Positions 20,348 through 31,202 of a stretch of DNA of 64,000 bases are shown piece after piece. The stretch's first letter is position 1. The number at the start of each line of letters is the position of its first letter. This DNA comes from Candidatus Latescibacterota bacterium (GTDB lineage: Bacteria > Latescibacterota > UBA2968 > GCA-2709665). The DNA lies in NCBI GenBank assembly GCA_963662665.2, contig CAXXJS010000037.1, forward strand, positions 1 to 64,000. Direction: 5' to 3'. Position numbers and translations under genes: made by a program. The notes under the pieces are model-generated. The model saw nothing but the letters and a program-made list of their open reading frames with translations. It was not told the DNA's origin and ran no database searches.

Positions 20348-22696
20348 ATGCAAACGCATCAATATCCATGCACGATGTACAAGCCCGATGACCTTGCCCG
20401 CGCCAGGGAGAATATAGACCGACACGCTTGGGCAAGGAAACTCTACGGGCAGATCAAATCGCAGGCCGCTTACTATCTGACAATGGACCGGGACCGGATG
20501 CGGTCCTTCATCAGCGACCAGACGCCGCTCGTGACCGTCGTATGTCCCAGCTGCGGCTGCGGACCCTGGTACGCCTACAGGCTAGTCAACCAGGGCGACA
20601 CCCTTCAATGCACGGACTGCAAAACGACGTGGGACTGGCAACCGGAGGACACGTCCGAAACCTGGAATATCCAGGCGGTGGTCCGTACATATCGTCTGAA
20701 GTACATCCTTGGCGGCCTGGAGAGCGCCGGCATTGCGTACGGTATCGAAGGCGACGTGCAATACGCCGAAAAAGCCGCCATTCTGGTCGAACGTTTCGCG
20801 GAAGTCTTCGAGAACTACCGGCTGAACCAGGTCAACAAAAACGTCTGGCACGATCAGAACGATCCTTTATACGGCAAGGTCGACGGCTGGAAACAGCGGG
20901 ATGCATGGTGCGCCCGAAACGTGCTGATCGCCTATGACCTCATCCGCGGCTCAGGCGCACTTAACGGCGAACAGCAACGGCTCATCGATGCCTTTGTGGA
21001 ATACGTGCGGGACTATTTCGTGGAGTCCTTCAACAACCCGGGTTCCTCGACGCTTGAGGGATATCAATATACCGATGACTTCTCACCCTACCTCTCCCAC
21101 TTCTCCATTCAGGACCATGGAGGCGCGTGGTGGTGCATCGCGGCTTCCGCCGCGCTGGCGGGCGACCGGGAAATCCTGCAATCCGTGGTCACGCTTTATG
21201 AGGACATGCTGAAGCCCGAGGCCGGCGTCTTCTTCCAGGATGGCGCGTTTTACGAATGCACGCCGGACTACACCCTGGGATTGCTCCAGACCACCACCGG
21301 CATTCCGGAAATCATCCGCGGCAACCTGGACACCGACGTGTACGCAAATCCCCGATGCGCCCTTCTGGAGAAGTGTTACACCTGGTTCCTGGATGCCGCT
21401 TTTCCGAACGACACCAACCCGGCGATCAATGATTCGCACGTCGGCAGTCCGCTGCGTCCTTTCTGTTCGGAAATCGCCTATATTGTCTACAATAACCAGA
21501 AGGCGCTGCGTCATCTCAAGACCGTCTGGGGTGCGGAACTGAACGGCGGTACCGAATACTCACTCTTCTACAGAGATCCGGAGGCCGCGGTCGACAGCGA
21601 CGGAGAACCCTACGCTGCGGCGAGCGTCCACCTGCCCGATATCGGACTCATGATTCTTCGTCACGGCGACGACAAGCCGTCACGGACCATGGCATTCATC
21701 GACTACGGTCCCTATATTCCGGCCGCTCACAAGCAGAAAGATTATCTCAATTTCGTCCTCTGGTCGTGCGGACAGGAACTGGTGACAGAAATGGGATACA
21801 ACTGGAATCCGGAATGGGCGCGCCTGTGGGAACGGAGCCCGCTATCGCACAATACCGTCCTGGAATGCGCGGAACAGGGCGAGGGCGGAAAACCGCTCCT
21901 GTGGTGCGTGACCCCGGGTCCAAGGCTGGCCGAGGCAGGCCTGCCGCCGGCCAACGCGCGCCTGATCGCGCTGCTGCCTCGACGTTCGGGCGAACCCCTC
22001 ATTGCCGACGTCTTCCGCGTCTCTGGAGACAGCAGTTCGTACACGTGGATGCTACACGCCCGATCCGGAGACCTGAAGGTTGCGGGTCTGGGCGACCTTT
22101 CGCCCACAGACGTCCCCAAACCCCTGCGTTCGGGCCGGTCGGCCCGCGCGATAGACGACGTTACCGCCACGTGGACCATGGGCCGCTGCGGTTTGCGGAC
22201 GACCATCCCGAAAATCCGCGACACCGCGGTTACGATCTCCGAGTGTCCTCCTGAAGAGGACGCAATCGAAGACCTGCACGCCGATGGCGGCACCCTGAAA
22301 CCAGGCGCCGTTCTTCCGTACCGCGGCTACCTCCAGGTCTCCCGGTCCGGTCCGGACGCAATATTCGCAGCCGTTCACGCGCCGTTCCGTGACAGCCCGC
22401 CCGCGGTAGACGTTTCATGCCGCATCCTTTCCAACAACACGCTTGCGCTTGGAATTACCACGGAGCAGGAACACTTTCTCCTCTTGCATAGCCTCACGCA
22501 GGACGAGGCGCATGTGGACGGGCTCACCCTGAAAGGACGCGCCGCTGTCGTGACGCTGAAAAACGGTGTGCTCCAATCGCTATGCCTCGCCGGGGGCACA
22601 TGTCTGGCTTACGGGGAAACCGAAATCCACCTTGAGAAAGCCGGAAATGCATACGCCGAACGGTCCGGAGACACGGTCAAAAGGCTGGAGCTATAG
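20348..22696 (+). CDS. Heparinase II/III-family (alginate/GAG lyase-like) protein
   Basis: Helical N-half; DG.FYECTPDY, PAINDS, HKQKD.L, EMGY, SHNTV in the C-terminal beta domain. Confidence 0.75.
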   Translation: MQTHQYPCTMYKPDDLARARENIDRHAWARKLYGQIKSQAAYYLTMDRDRMRSFISDQTPLVTVVCPSCGCGPWYAYRLVNQGDTLQCTDCKTTWDWQPEDTSETWNIQAVVRTYRLKYILGGLESAGIAYGIEGDVQYAEKAAILVERFAEVFENYRLNQVNKNVWHDQNDPLYGKVDGWKQRDAWCARNVLIAYDLIRGSGALNGEQQRLIDAFVEYVRDYFVESFNNPGSSTLEGYQYTDDFSPYLSHFSIQDHGGAWWCIAASAALAGDREILQSVVTLYEDMLKPEAGVFFQDGAFYECTPDYTLGLLQTTTGIPEIIRGNLDTDVYANPRCALLEKCYTWFLDAAFPNDTNPAINDSHVGSPLRPFCSEIAYIVYNNQKALRHLKTVWGAELNGGTEYSLFYRDPEAAVDSDGEPYAAASVHLPDIGLMILRHGDDKPSRTMAFIDYGPYIPAAHKQKDYLNFVLWSCGQELVTEMGYNWNPEWARLWERSPLSHNTVLECAEQGEGGKPLLWCVTPGPRLAEAGLPPANARLIALLPRRSGEPLIADVFRVSGDSSSYTWMLHARSGDLKVAGLGDLSPTDVPKPLRSGRSARAIDDVTATWTMGRCGLRTTIPKIRDTAVTISECPPEEDAIEDLHADGGTLKPGAVLPYRGYLQVSRSGPDAIFAAVHAPFRDSPPAVDVSCRILSNNTLALGITTEQEHFLLLHSLTQDEAHVDGLTLKGRAAVVTLKNGVLQSLCLAGGTCLAYGETEIHLEKAGNAYAERSGDTVKRLEL

Positions 22697-22776
22697 GTAT
22701 TGGCTCCTTATATTGTGCCCTGGTGTTCCGGGATGGAGCACCGGGTTGCGCTTAAACTTCAATCCAGGAGATTCGC

Positions 22777-23721
22777 ATGCCGTCCAACTTTCTCGACCGG
22801 GTCACCGAGGGCCACGTGCTCTGCGATGGCGGTTACTATCTCGAATTCGAACGCCGTTGCCTTGGCAGCTATGCCTCGAAAATCCCCATGGGCGTGCTGG
22901 ATTATCCCGAGGGCGTACTCGAACTCCACAAAGAATTCGCCCGGGCGGGTGCCGAAGTCCTTCAGGCCATGGTCTGGGGCGTGCGGCCGATGGAACGCGA
23001 GGAGGAACTCCACAGGAGGGCCGTGGAACTCGCGCGGGAAGCGGCCGGGCCGGACCGGTTTGTGGCAGGCACCCTCAGCCCCTACGTTTATTCGGGCCGC
23101 TCCAAATGGGACCCCATGACCGAAGAAGACAGGACCCAGGCACGGGCATTCTTCGAGCGGCGCGTCGACCAGCAGACCTCGGCCGGCGTGGACCTCTTCA
23201 TTGTCGAAACCTTCTATTCGGTGGATGAAGTCAGCCTGGCCATTCCCTTCGTGAAACAGGCGGGGATTCCCGTTGTCGTGACGATGACCTATCGCGACGC
23301 GGAATTTACCCGCGAAGGATACCGCCCCGGTGAAGCCGCCAAACGCCTCGTGGACGCGGGCGCCGACGTGGTGGGCATCAACTGCATGCGCCCCTGGACC
23401 ACCATGCGCCCGCTGATGTACGAAGTCAGGGAAGCCGTTTCCGTACCCCTGTGCGCCCAGCCCACCGGCTATGAACTTGAACCGGGCGAGACTTTCAACC
23501 GTCCCCTGAGTGTCGCCAACCTCTGGACGCAGGTTGAGCCCCGCGTTGTCACGCGTTTTTCCATGGCTGAGTATACCGCGGAAGCCAGGCACATGGGTAT
23601 CGGCCTGATCGGCTCATGCTGCGGCGCCTTGCCGTTCCACGTCCGTGCCATGGCGGAGGCACTCGACATAGCCACGGACCTGCCCGACGTTGACCGGGGT
23701 TACCGCGGGCTTGCGGGGTGA
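22777..23721 (+). CDS. Homocysteine S-methyltransferase family protein
   Basis: VLCDGG, LHKEFARAGA, GVDLFIVET, VVGINC, IGSCCG zinc ligands. Confidence 0.88.
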   Translation: MPSNFLDRVTEGHVLCDGGYYLEFERRCLGSYASKIPMGVLDYPEGVLELHKEFARAGAEVLQAMVWGVRPMEREEELHRRAVELAREAAGPDRFVAGTLSPYVYSGRSKWDPMTEEDRTQARAFFERRVDQQTSAGVDLFIVETFYSVDEVSLAIPFVKQAGIPVVVTMTYRDAEFTREGYRPGEAAKRLVDAGADVVGINCMRPWTTMRPLMYEVREAVSVPLCAQPTGYELEPGETFNRPLSVANLWTQVEPRVVTRFSMAEYTAEARHMGIGLIGSCCGALPFHVRAMAEALDIATDLPDVDRGYRGLAG

Positions 23722-23783
23722 AACGCGGTCACGTGATTCAGGCCGCTCACCGACCGGGCCACGCCAACGGGAGGAATCCATCA

Positions 23784-25466
23784 ATGCTGAATGAAATCAC
23801 CGCGTGCCTCGAGAAAGGGTTTGAAGTCGGCGTGGGGTGGACGGATGATAACGGCGTCCTGAACGACGCCTATGAAAGCAATCGGCCGGAGAACTTCGCG
23901 CCGGCCTGCTGGGCCGTCATCGGCGCCTCGCTCTACCGGCTCACAGGCGAGGACGTTTATCTGGACTGGACCGATCGGTGGATGAACCGCACCGCCGAGA
24001 TCATGGAAGGCGCCGGAAAGGCGCCCGGTTTTCGAGAATACGTGATGGGGTACGGCGTGATGGTTTTTCCCATTCTTTCGGACGTCGTGGACAGGGATAT
24101 CCTGAAACGCTGGGAAACGGCTTTTGCCGCTTCCTATACCGAAGACGCCGGACTTTCCGACTGCCATGTCTCCGCCGCCTCTCTGTTGTGCGACCTCGTC
24201 CTGGACAGCGGGCGGGAGGAAAAAGCCCGGAAGCGGTCCGAAGAATTCATCGCCGTGTTCAACAGGCGCCTCACGTCCGGAGGTTTTCTACGTGACGACG
24301 ACGTGAACGGGCACTCGGTTGCGCACGTCTACCTTACAGGCACCTTCCTCGCCGCTGCCCTTCTCAATAGCAAATCGGATGCCTTCGCAGTGTCAGAGGG
24401 CGACCGGAACAAGGTCGAACAGCTCCTCGAGACCATATGCACGTGGTTCAAACAAGCCAATGGCCAATTCCATCTTCCATTCCTGGCCAGCCGGAGTATT
24501 TACCAGATGTACGTGTATCCCATGGTCGCGCTTCTCTCCTACATTGGCGAAGGTGAAGCGGCCAGCGATAGAATCCGTGCGCTGCTTGCCTTCTGCCAAT
24601 CGTTCAATCCGGAAAGGAACGTGTTCTCCCATACGCCCAACCACCTGTCGCCCTATGCCCTCGCAGGCCTGGAGTGGACCTATAATCGTCTGAACACCGA
24701 CCTGGGCGCGGGCCTCGTTGCCTGGGCGCTGCTCGCGCTCCTGATCGATCAGAAGTGGCCCGGGTTCGACCCGGTCGCCGCCACCCCGGTGGAAGACGTG
24801 GTCGATACCGAAGCGGGGTACGCGATTCTGCACGGCGGGAAGTCCCGCGTGGCCCTGGCCCTGTGCAACCATGACTGGGGGTATCATCTTCCGCTCCAGC
24901 CGCTTTCGGTCAAACTCGGCAATACGCCAATGATCGAGCCCATCGTAGACGCCAAGCGGGACGGCGTCAAACATGCCTTTTACCAACAGGTCGCCGAGCC
25001 AAACAAGGCCGATCCGCTGCAGGAGCCATACTTCGGGATTCTTGTCAGCGAGGCCGGCGGCGCCTACCGCATCATGGAAGGCAACGCGGAGGTGTTAGCC
25101 CAGGACGAATACAGACTTACCGGTCCGCTCTCGCTGAACCTTAAACTCGATCTGGAAAACGAACTCATCCGGCTGACGTACCGGGCCACGGACCTCAAAG
25201 ACGACGACCAGGCCATTTTCTCCCTGCCCATCCTCCTGTGGGACGGTAAGGAGGAACTGACCTACAGTATCGACAACGGTACGATGGTCCTGGGTTGGAG
25301 CGGCGCGGCCTATCGCATATCGATAACCGGCAACAGCGGCCCCTGGGATTTGCACATGGCGCGCTATCTGCACGCGGGGTACGGTGTTACCGCGAACATG
25401 ACCATTCCCGTGTCCCGCGGCTCGTCTCAGCTCCACACCGGGGTCACCATCGAACGGACGGCTTAA
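23784..25466 (+). CDS. Hypothetical protein (possible alpha/alpha-toroid lyase-like)
   Basis: Long ORF, GGAGG SD before ATG 23784; no firm motif. Confidence 0.6.
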   Translation: MLNEITACLEKGFEVGVGWTDDNGVLNDAYESNRPENFAPACWAVIGASLYRLTGEDVYLDWTDRWMNRTAEIMEGAGKAPGFREYVMGYGVMVFPILSDVVDRDILKRWETAFAASYTEDAGLSDCHVSAASLLCDLVLDSGREEKARKRSEEFIAVFNRRLTSGGFLRDDDVNGHSVAHVYLTGTFLAAALLNSKSDAFAVSEGDRNKVEQLLETICTWFKQANGQFHLPFLASRSIYQMYVYPMVALLSYIGEGEAASDRIRALLAFCQSFNPERNVFSHTPNHLSPYALAGLEWTYNRLNTDLGAGLVAWALLALLIDQKWPGFDPVAATPVEDVVDTEAGYAILHGGKSRVALALCNHDWGYHLPLQPLSVKLGNTPMIEPIVDAKRDGVKHAFYQQVAEPNKADPLQEPYFGILVSEAGGAYRIMEGNAEVLAQDEYRLTGPLSLNLKLDLENELIRLTYRATDLKDDDQAIFSLPILLWDGKEELTYSIDNGTMVLGWSGAAYRISITGNSGPWDLHMARYLHAGYGVTANMTIPVSRGSSQLHTGVTIERTA

Positions 25467-25491
25467 CGAATACCCGTCCGACGGGGCAGCC

Positions 25492-26475
25492 ATGAACCTC
25501 GGATTCATCGGTCTGGGCAACTACGCTGCAAACCACCAGCGGGCCGTCCAGGAGAATCCGGACCTGGTCCTGGTATCCGTCTATGACATCGTGCCCGAAC
25601 GCGCAGATAAGGCAGCCCGGGAGTTCGGCGCAAAACGGGCGTCAGGTATCGAAGAACTGGCTGGCGATTCCAACGTGGACGGTGTGGTCATCACCACACC
25701 CAACCCGCGCCATTACGACGACTTCAGGATCTGCGCGGTCCACGGGAAGCATATTTTCGTCAACGTGCCAGTTACGACGAGCCGTGCGCAGGCCGCGGAA
25801 ATGATGCGGCTTGCGCACGAAAAAGACCTCACCTATATGGCCGGCCATAACCTCCGCAGGAACCCGGCCATTTCCCATCTTAAGAAGCGTCTGGACGCCG
25901 GAGATATTGGCACGCTGCACTCCGTCCAGGCATCGGTTGGCGGCGCCTCCGCGTACAGTCTCACGCCGGACAACTGGCGGTATCACATCAGAAACGCGCC
26001 CCTGCTGCCCTTTGAGCAGATGGCCGTTGTCTTCATCGACCTGATTCTGCACATCATGGGCGCACCCGAAAGAATCGCCGCCTTCATGTCCAAGCGAGAC
26101 GGGGCTGGAGAGTCTCCGGACCTGGGCGCCGTTCTCGGCCGCTACGCCGATGGACGCCTTTCCTGCATCGGGGCGTCGTACGTTTCTCAACTGGGCTACG
26201 AAATCACATTCGCGGGCAGCGAAGCCAGAATCACGTGGGACAGCCACGACGAAAACGCCGTCACCCTCATCGGCCCCGAGAGCAGCCACAGGGAGGCCTT
26301 CGACCGGATCGACGAACAGTACGAGGAACTCGCCGAATTCGCGCGCTGCGTCGAAACCGGCGCCACCCCCTCAGTGAACGGCCTGGACGCCTTCAACGTT
26401 GCCGCCTACTTCGAAGCCATTGCAGAATCCATCCACACCGGGCGCGCCGTTCGCTTCAGGTCACTGGATGAATAG
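25492..26475 (+). CDS. Gfo/Idh/MocA family oxidoreductase
   Basis: GFIGLG, VDGVVITTPN..H, GKHIF, GHNLR. Confidence 0.85.
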   Translation: MNLGFIGLGNYAANHQRAVQENPDLVLVSVYDIVPERADKAAREFGAKRASGIEELAGDSNVDGVVITTPNPRHYDDFRICAVHGKHIFVNVPVTTSRAQAAEMMRLAHEKDLTYMAGHNLRRNPAISHLKKRLDAGDIGTLHSVQASVGGASAYSLTPDNWRYHIRNAPLLPFEQMAVVFIDLILHIMGAPERIAAFMSKRDGAGESPDLGAVLGRYADGRLSCIGASYVSQLGYEITFAGSEARITWDSHDENAVTLIGPESSHREAFDRIDEQYEELAEFARCVETGATPSVNGLDAFNVAAYFEAIAESIHTGRAVRFRSLDE

Positions 26476-26476
26476 G

Positions 26477-26505
26477 AAAAGCCCCGGAGATCGCGTCTCC
26501 AGGGC
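26477..26505 (-). terminator. Intrinsic terminator after proS
   Basis: Minus strand GCCCTGGAGA-loop-TCTCCGGGGC-TTTT. Confidence 0.55.
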
Positions 26506-26534
26506 CATGGTCGACTCAATTCGGCGACAGTTAT

Positions 26535-28271
26535 TCAGTTTGCTTCCTGCCCTTTTTGGCTGATTTCTTTCACGTACCCAACAAGCGCGTCGATTGCGAC
26601 GTTATTTCTTTCCTGCTCGTTTCTCATTTTTACCTCCACCTCACCTCTTGCCAGCCCCCTGGAACCCACCGTAATCCGAATTGGGATGCCGATCAGGTCC
26701 GCATCGTTGAACTTCACGCCGGCCCGCTCGTCCCGGTCATCCAGAAGCACCTCGATCTTCTCCGCTTCGAGATCCCGGCAGATCTGCTCGGCTGCCTCCA
26801 ACTCTCCCTTCGGTCGATTGCCCGACAGCACAACGATATGGACGTGGAACGGCGCGACCGAAATCGGCCAGACGATGCCCTGATCGTCGTGGTGTTCCTC
26901 GATCACGCAGGCCAGCAGGCGCCCGACGCCGATCCCGTAGGAACCCATAACCAGCGGACGGGCTCTACCGTTTTCATCCAGGTAGTTCGCGCCCAGTTTT
27001 TCGCTGTACCTCGTGCCCAGCTTGAAGATATTTCCCACCTCGACCCCGCGCGCCGACTGCAGCAAAGCGCCGCATGAAGCGCATGGCATCCCCGCTTCCA
27101 CCGCCACCAGATCGGCGACCAGGTCCGCTTCGAAATCCCTGCCCACGTTCACGTTCAGGCAGTGATAATCCACCTTGTTCGCCCCGGACACCAGGTTGCT
27201 CGATGCCGCCACCCGTTCGTCCACAATGACCATCGTATCCTCCGCGACGCCGATCGGGGATCCGTATCCGGGCTCAGCGCCGATCGCCCGGATTTCGTCC
27301 TCGGTCGCGGGCCGCATCTCAACGGCCCCGGCCGCGTTGGCCAACTTCGTTTCACTCAGCTCGTGGTCTCCCCGCACCAGCGCGAAGATAAACCGTTCCT
27401 CTCCCTGTAGGGAACCTGTCATAAACACCGCCTTGGCCGTTCGACTGGCGGGAACGTCAAGGAACCGTGCCAGATCTTCAATGGTCGTGCATCCCGGCGT
27501 AGCCACTTCACGGAGCGGTTCCGGTGTCTCCTTAGTCGCGTCGTCTTTTCTACACACGGCAATCTGCCGGTTGGCGCGGTATCCGCACCCGTTGCAGATC
27601 AGCAGCGTATCCTCACCCACGGGATTCAGATACATAAACTCGTGCGCCCCGGTTCCGCCCATCATGCCCGTGTCGCTCTCCACTGACACGACCTGGTCCG
27701 CCAGCCCCACGCGCCGGAATATATCCTCATAGGCTCGGTACATGTCCTGATAGACCGACTCCAGGCCGTTTTCATCCAGGTCGAAACTGTACGCGTCCTT
27801 CATTGTGAATTCACGAACGCGAATCAGACCACCCCGGCTCCGGGGTTCGTCACGAAATTTCGTCTGAATCTGAAACACGCACATCGGCACCTGCCGATAG
27901 CTTCTGATCACGTGCCGCGCCAGGTCCGTTACCGCCTCTTCGTGGGTCATGGCCAGGCACATGTCCCGCTGCGACCGGTCGTGCATCCGGAGCATTTCCG
28001 GACCCACCTCGTTCCACCGCCCGCTTTCAAGCCACAACTCCGCGGGCTGCACAATCGGCATCAGCAGTTCCACGCAGTTAATCGCCGCCATTTCCTCGCG
28101 AAATATCGCCTCGATTTTCCGCGCGACCCGGAGTCCCAGCGGCAGCGCGCTGAAAATGCCCGCCGCCAGGGGACGGATCAGCCCCGCCCGAAGGGCGAGT
28201 TGGTGGCTGACCAGCTCCGCGTCGGCAGGCGCCTCACGAAGCGTCTGCGTAAACAGGCTGCTATACCGCAT
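26535..28271 (-). CDS. proS: Proline--tRNA ligase (with INS editing domain)
   Basis: SHQL.LRAG, THEE, FRDEPR.RGGLIRVREF, TPGCTTI, EVGNIFKLG, MGSYGIG, GVKFNDADLIG. Confidence 0.97.
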   Translation of the reverse strand: MRYSSLFTQTLREAPADAELVSHQLALRAGLIRPLAAGIFSALPLGLRVARKIEAIFREEMAAINCVELLMPIVQPAELWLESGRWNEVGPEMLRMHDRSQRDMCLAMTHEEAVTDLARHVIRSYRQVPMCVFQIQTKFRDEPRSRGGLIRVREFTMKDAYSFDLDENGLESVYQDMYRAYEDIFRRVGLADQVVSVESDTGMMGGTGAHEFMYLNPVGEDTLLICNGCGYRANRQIAVCRKDDATKETPEPLREVATPGCTTIEDLARFLDVPASRTAKAVFMTGSLQGEERFIFALVRGDHELSETKLANAAGAVEMRPATEDEIRAIGAEPGYGSPIGVAEDTMVIVDERVAASSNLVSGANKVDYHCLNVNVGRDFEADLVADLVAVEAGMPCASCGALLQSARGVEVGNIFKLGTRYSEKLGANYLDENGRARPLVMGSYGIGVGRLLACVIEEHHDDQGIVWPISVAPFHVHIVVLSGNRPKGELEAAEQICRDLEAEKIEVLLDDRDERAGVKFNDADLIGIPIRITVGSRGLARGEVEVKMRNEQERNNVAIDALVGYVKEISQKGQEAN

Positions 28272-28320
28272 TCAAGCTCCTTTCAATGTCTATCGATCCT
28301 CACCACCCGCGCCGCGTTTT

Positions 28321-29070
28321 CTAGAAACTGAAGAGCCTCAGGGCGGTGCGGCCCATGATCCACTCAAGTTCGTTTTCGGACATAAACGTCCAGCGGCGCG
28401 GCATCTTTACCGCCATCTCGCAGGTTTCGTGAAGACTCACGGGCGGGAAATCGCTCCCCCACATCATCCGCTCTGCGCCGAACCGCTCCAGCGCCCGTTC
28501 GATGAACGGCGTTGCTTCGTCGTAGGGATACCCCTTTCCGAATCCATAGAATCCCGAGAGCATGAAAACAGTGTTATCGTAATTTGCGTACCCCATCAAT
28601 CGGTCGTATTCCGGCTCGTCCGGGGTCTTCTCCACGTCCGGGAACCATCCCATGTGTTCGATGCGAAACATCGCGTTCGGATACCGCCGAATCCGTTCCT
28701 CCATCGGCGGACGAAGCATGTCTGCCATGCCTCCGCTCAGACTCGCCATGATACCGAGTTCGCCGACGGTGTCCCAGACCGCCTCATTGTCGACAGAAGC
28801 CGGTATCCGCAGTCCCGCGAGATCGAACTCGGCTACTTCGCGCCGGATTCGGTCGCCCGCTTCTGCGGCGTCATAGTCCACCGCGCCCAGAGAAGCGAAC
28901 CGGCCCGGATAGCGGTCCATACAGTCTTTCAAGTAGGCGTTATCATGACATCCGCCGTACTGCACAAGCAACGACCTGTCGATTCCGGCTGAATCCATCT
29001 GCGCCAGCAGCACTTCAACAGCGACGTACTTAGTCAGACCCACGTGGACGTGGCCGTCGACAATGGTCAT
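28321..29070 (-). CDS. Amidohydrolase-2 family protein
   Basis: IVDGHVH, EHMG, FGAERMMWGSDFP. Confidence 0.88.
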   Translation of the reverse strand: MTIVDGHVHVGLTKYVAVEVLLAQMDSAGIDRSLLVQYGGCHDNAYLKDCMDRYPGRFASLGAVDYDAAEAGDRIRREVAEFDLAGLRIPASVDNEAVWDTVGELGIMASLSGGMADMLRPPMEERIRRYPNAMFRIEHMGWFPDVEKTPDEPEYDRLMGYANYDNTVFMLSGFYGFGKGYPYDEATPFIERALERFGAERMMWGSDFPPVSLHETCEMAVKMPRRWTFMSENELEWIMGRTALRLFSF

Positions 29071-29142
29071 TCCGTCCCTCCCCGGATTGTATGGGATATC
29101 CTGTATCTTCCGTTCTGTTTGACCAACGGTCCTGTCCCGAAA

Positions 29143-29964
29143 TCAGATCTCCACCACCATTCCGTCTTCGGCCACAAGCACTTCGCCACCGTAAACGTCC
29201 CTGATCTGTTCCGCCATCTGGTAAGGCGACGTCCGGTCTCCCGAAATGTCTTCGATCACCAGGTGTTTTATCATGACGCGCTTCACTTCGGCTTTCCGCG
29301 CAATATCGGCAATATCCGCGGGCGTGATGTGCCACGCGCCCCAGGGCTGCGTCTCCAGGAATTCCGGCGTGCCCGAACACTCGATGGCGAGGAGGTCCGC
29401 GCCCTTGCAGAATGCCGGAAAGTCCTCATCGGGGGTGCCGTCTCCGGTAATGATTACCCTGTGATCGCCCGCTTCCACACGGTAGGTCAGGGTCGGAATA
29501 TTTCCATGGTCGGTAAACACGGCGGAAATCCGGTAGTCCTCCCGTTCCAGAAAACAGTGATTTCCATCCACTTCGATCACCTCGGGATCGAGCGGATGGA
29601 TGTCCTTTCCGTGACTCAGCCGGCTGCTGATGTCCTGTTGAAAGGGCGGCCGGATGATACGCTCCACGAAGTCCCGTGTGCCCTCGGGCCCATAGATTTT
29701 CAATCGACGATTCCGCACCTTTACCCATCCTACGAAAACCAGATAGGGCACATCCACAATGTGATCGAAATGCAGATGCGTCAGAAACAAACGGTCGACC
29801 TCCTCGCACCCCACACCCGCGCGCGCCAGATTCGTACTGGCGCTTCGCCCGCAGTCGAACATCAATACCTCGCTGCCGATCCGAAGCATCTGCGCCGGGC
29901 CGCCCCGGAACGGGTTGTCCCGAACCGCGCCGCTGCCCAGCATCACGAACGTCATTCCGGCCAT
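29143..29964 (-). CDS. MBL-fold metallohydrolase (RNase Z/arylsulfatase-like)
   Basis: LGSG, FDCG, THLHFDH, TGDG, H..P, KH. Confidence 0.88.
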   Translation of the reverse strand: MAGMTFVMLGSGAVRDNPFRGGPAQMLRIGSEVLMFDCGRSASTNLARAGVGCEEVDRLFLTHLHFDHIVDVPYLVFVGWVKVRNRRLKIYGPEGTRDFVERIIRPPFQQDISSRLSHGKDIHPLDPEVIEVDGNHCFLEREDYRISAVFTDHGNIPTLTYRVEAGDHRVIITGDGTPDEDFPAFCKGADLLAIECSGTPEFLETQPWGAWHITPADIADIARKAEVKRVMIKHLVIEDISGDRTSPYQMAEQIRDVYGGEVLVAEDGMVVEI

Positions 29965-30009
29965 CTTTATTGCCTTCGACTAAGGTTTTCAATTCAACAA
30001 CAGAGGTCT

Positions 30010-30035
30010 ACATGGATGGTCAGGATCGAAAGGAT
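30010..30035 (+). repeat. 26-nt intergenic repeat
   Basis: ACATGGATGGTCAGGATCGAAAGGAT. Confidence 0.6.
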
Positions 30036-30063
30036 TGAGACGGAAATGCCGGAAGAATGCTCG

Positions 30064-31140
30064 CTATTCCGGAGTTTGGGGCCCAAGCTGATACGCGTCG
30101 AGAGTCTTTTCCGCTATTGCTTCCCACGACAACGCTTTCGCCCGCTGAAACGCGTTTTCCGAAAGGGCCGACAGGTCGCGCCTCCGGACCTCCTCCATCG
30201 CCCGCTCCAGGCCATCCGTATCGTCTGCGTCGTAGATGATTCCGGAGCCATCATCCAGCAGTTCCGGAAGACAGCCGATGCCGGGCGCGATCACGGGCCG
30301 TGCGAAGGACATGGCTGTTATCGCCGATCCCGACGTCAGCATATCCACGAAAGGCAGCACCATAACGTCTGCCGCGTTAAAGAAAAGCTGGAGCTCTTCG
30401 TCAGGGAAAAATTCGGCCGTTTGCATAAGAATCCTTGGATCTCCGGCGCGCGCCCGGGCGACCAAGTCCGCGCTGTATTTGCTGTTCACCTTGGCGGCGA
30501 GGAGCAATCTCAGATTTTCTCCCTGCAGACGGGAAAAGATCTCGAGCAGCCTCTCGACGCCTTTGTAGCGTTTCACGTTTCCAAAGAACAGATACACGAA
30601 CGCTTCGCGGGCAATGTCCAATTTTCGCCTGGCCTCGTCGCGTGACGTCGTATTGTCGTAAACATCGATAAAGTGACCATGGGGAATTGTGAATACGTCA
30701 TCGGTCCGGTGAAAATGTTTCAACACCTGCACGCGTCCGTACTCGCAGTGCACGATCAGGGCCGTTGCAAGCTGCGTTATCGCTAGGCGCGCAAGGCGGT
30801 CCAGGCCCGGATGCGGGCGTTCGTGAGGATACAGGTTGTGGACGGTCCACACAACCCGGTAACCCAGGAACCGGGCAAGGGTCAGATGGCCGATGAGTTC
30901 TGCGCACTTCTTGACGCTCTGGCCGGCATCGTCCGTGTTGTACATATAGGAGGGCCAGTTCAGGTGCAAGACGTCTACGCGGCTCCGGTTTTCCATCAAC
31001 CACGATTCGCTCAGATCCTCGTCGTATCCGGCCTCCAGCGCCACCCCGATCCCGGCCATCGCCCGGGCGAGCAAGGGGCCGTAGGGGTTGTTTTTTTCGA
31101 AACCGAGCCCCGCCCTGCCCCAGTAGAATACCGCGCGCAT
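30064..31140 (-). CDS. Glycosyltransferase family 4
   Basis: NPY, VWTVHNLYPHE, IPHG, FFGNVKRYKG, ADVMVLPF, TSGS. Confidence 0.9.
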   Translation of the reverse strand: MRAVFYWGRAGLGFEKNNPYGPLLARAMAGIGVALEAGYDEDLSESWLMENRSRVDVLHLNWPSYMYNTDDAGQSVKKCAELIGHLTLARFLGYRVVWTVHNLYPHERPHPGLDRLARLAITQLATALIVHCEYGRVQVLKHFHRTDDVFTIPHGHFIDVYDNTTSRDEARRKLDIAREAFVYLFFGNVKRYKGVERLLEIFSRLQGENLRLLLAAKVNSKYSADLVARARAGDPRILMQTAEFFPDEELQLFFNAADVMVLPFVDMLTSGSAITAMSFARPVIAPGIGCLPELLDDGSGIIYDADDTDGLERAMEEVRRRDLSALSENAFQRAKALSWEAIAEKTLDAYQLGPQTPE

Positions 31141-31202
31141 ACATGTCTCCCGGTGTCCTGTCCCGGAATTTGCAGCGTCGTTGGGAACCGGACGCCACGC
31201 CC

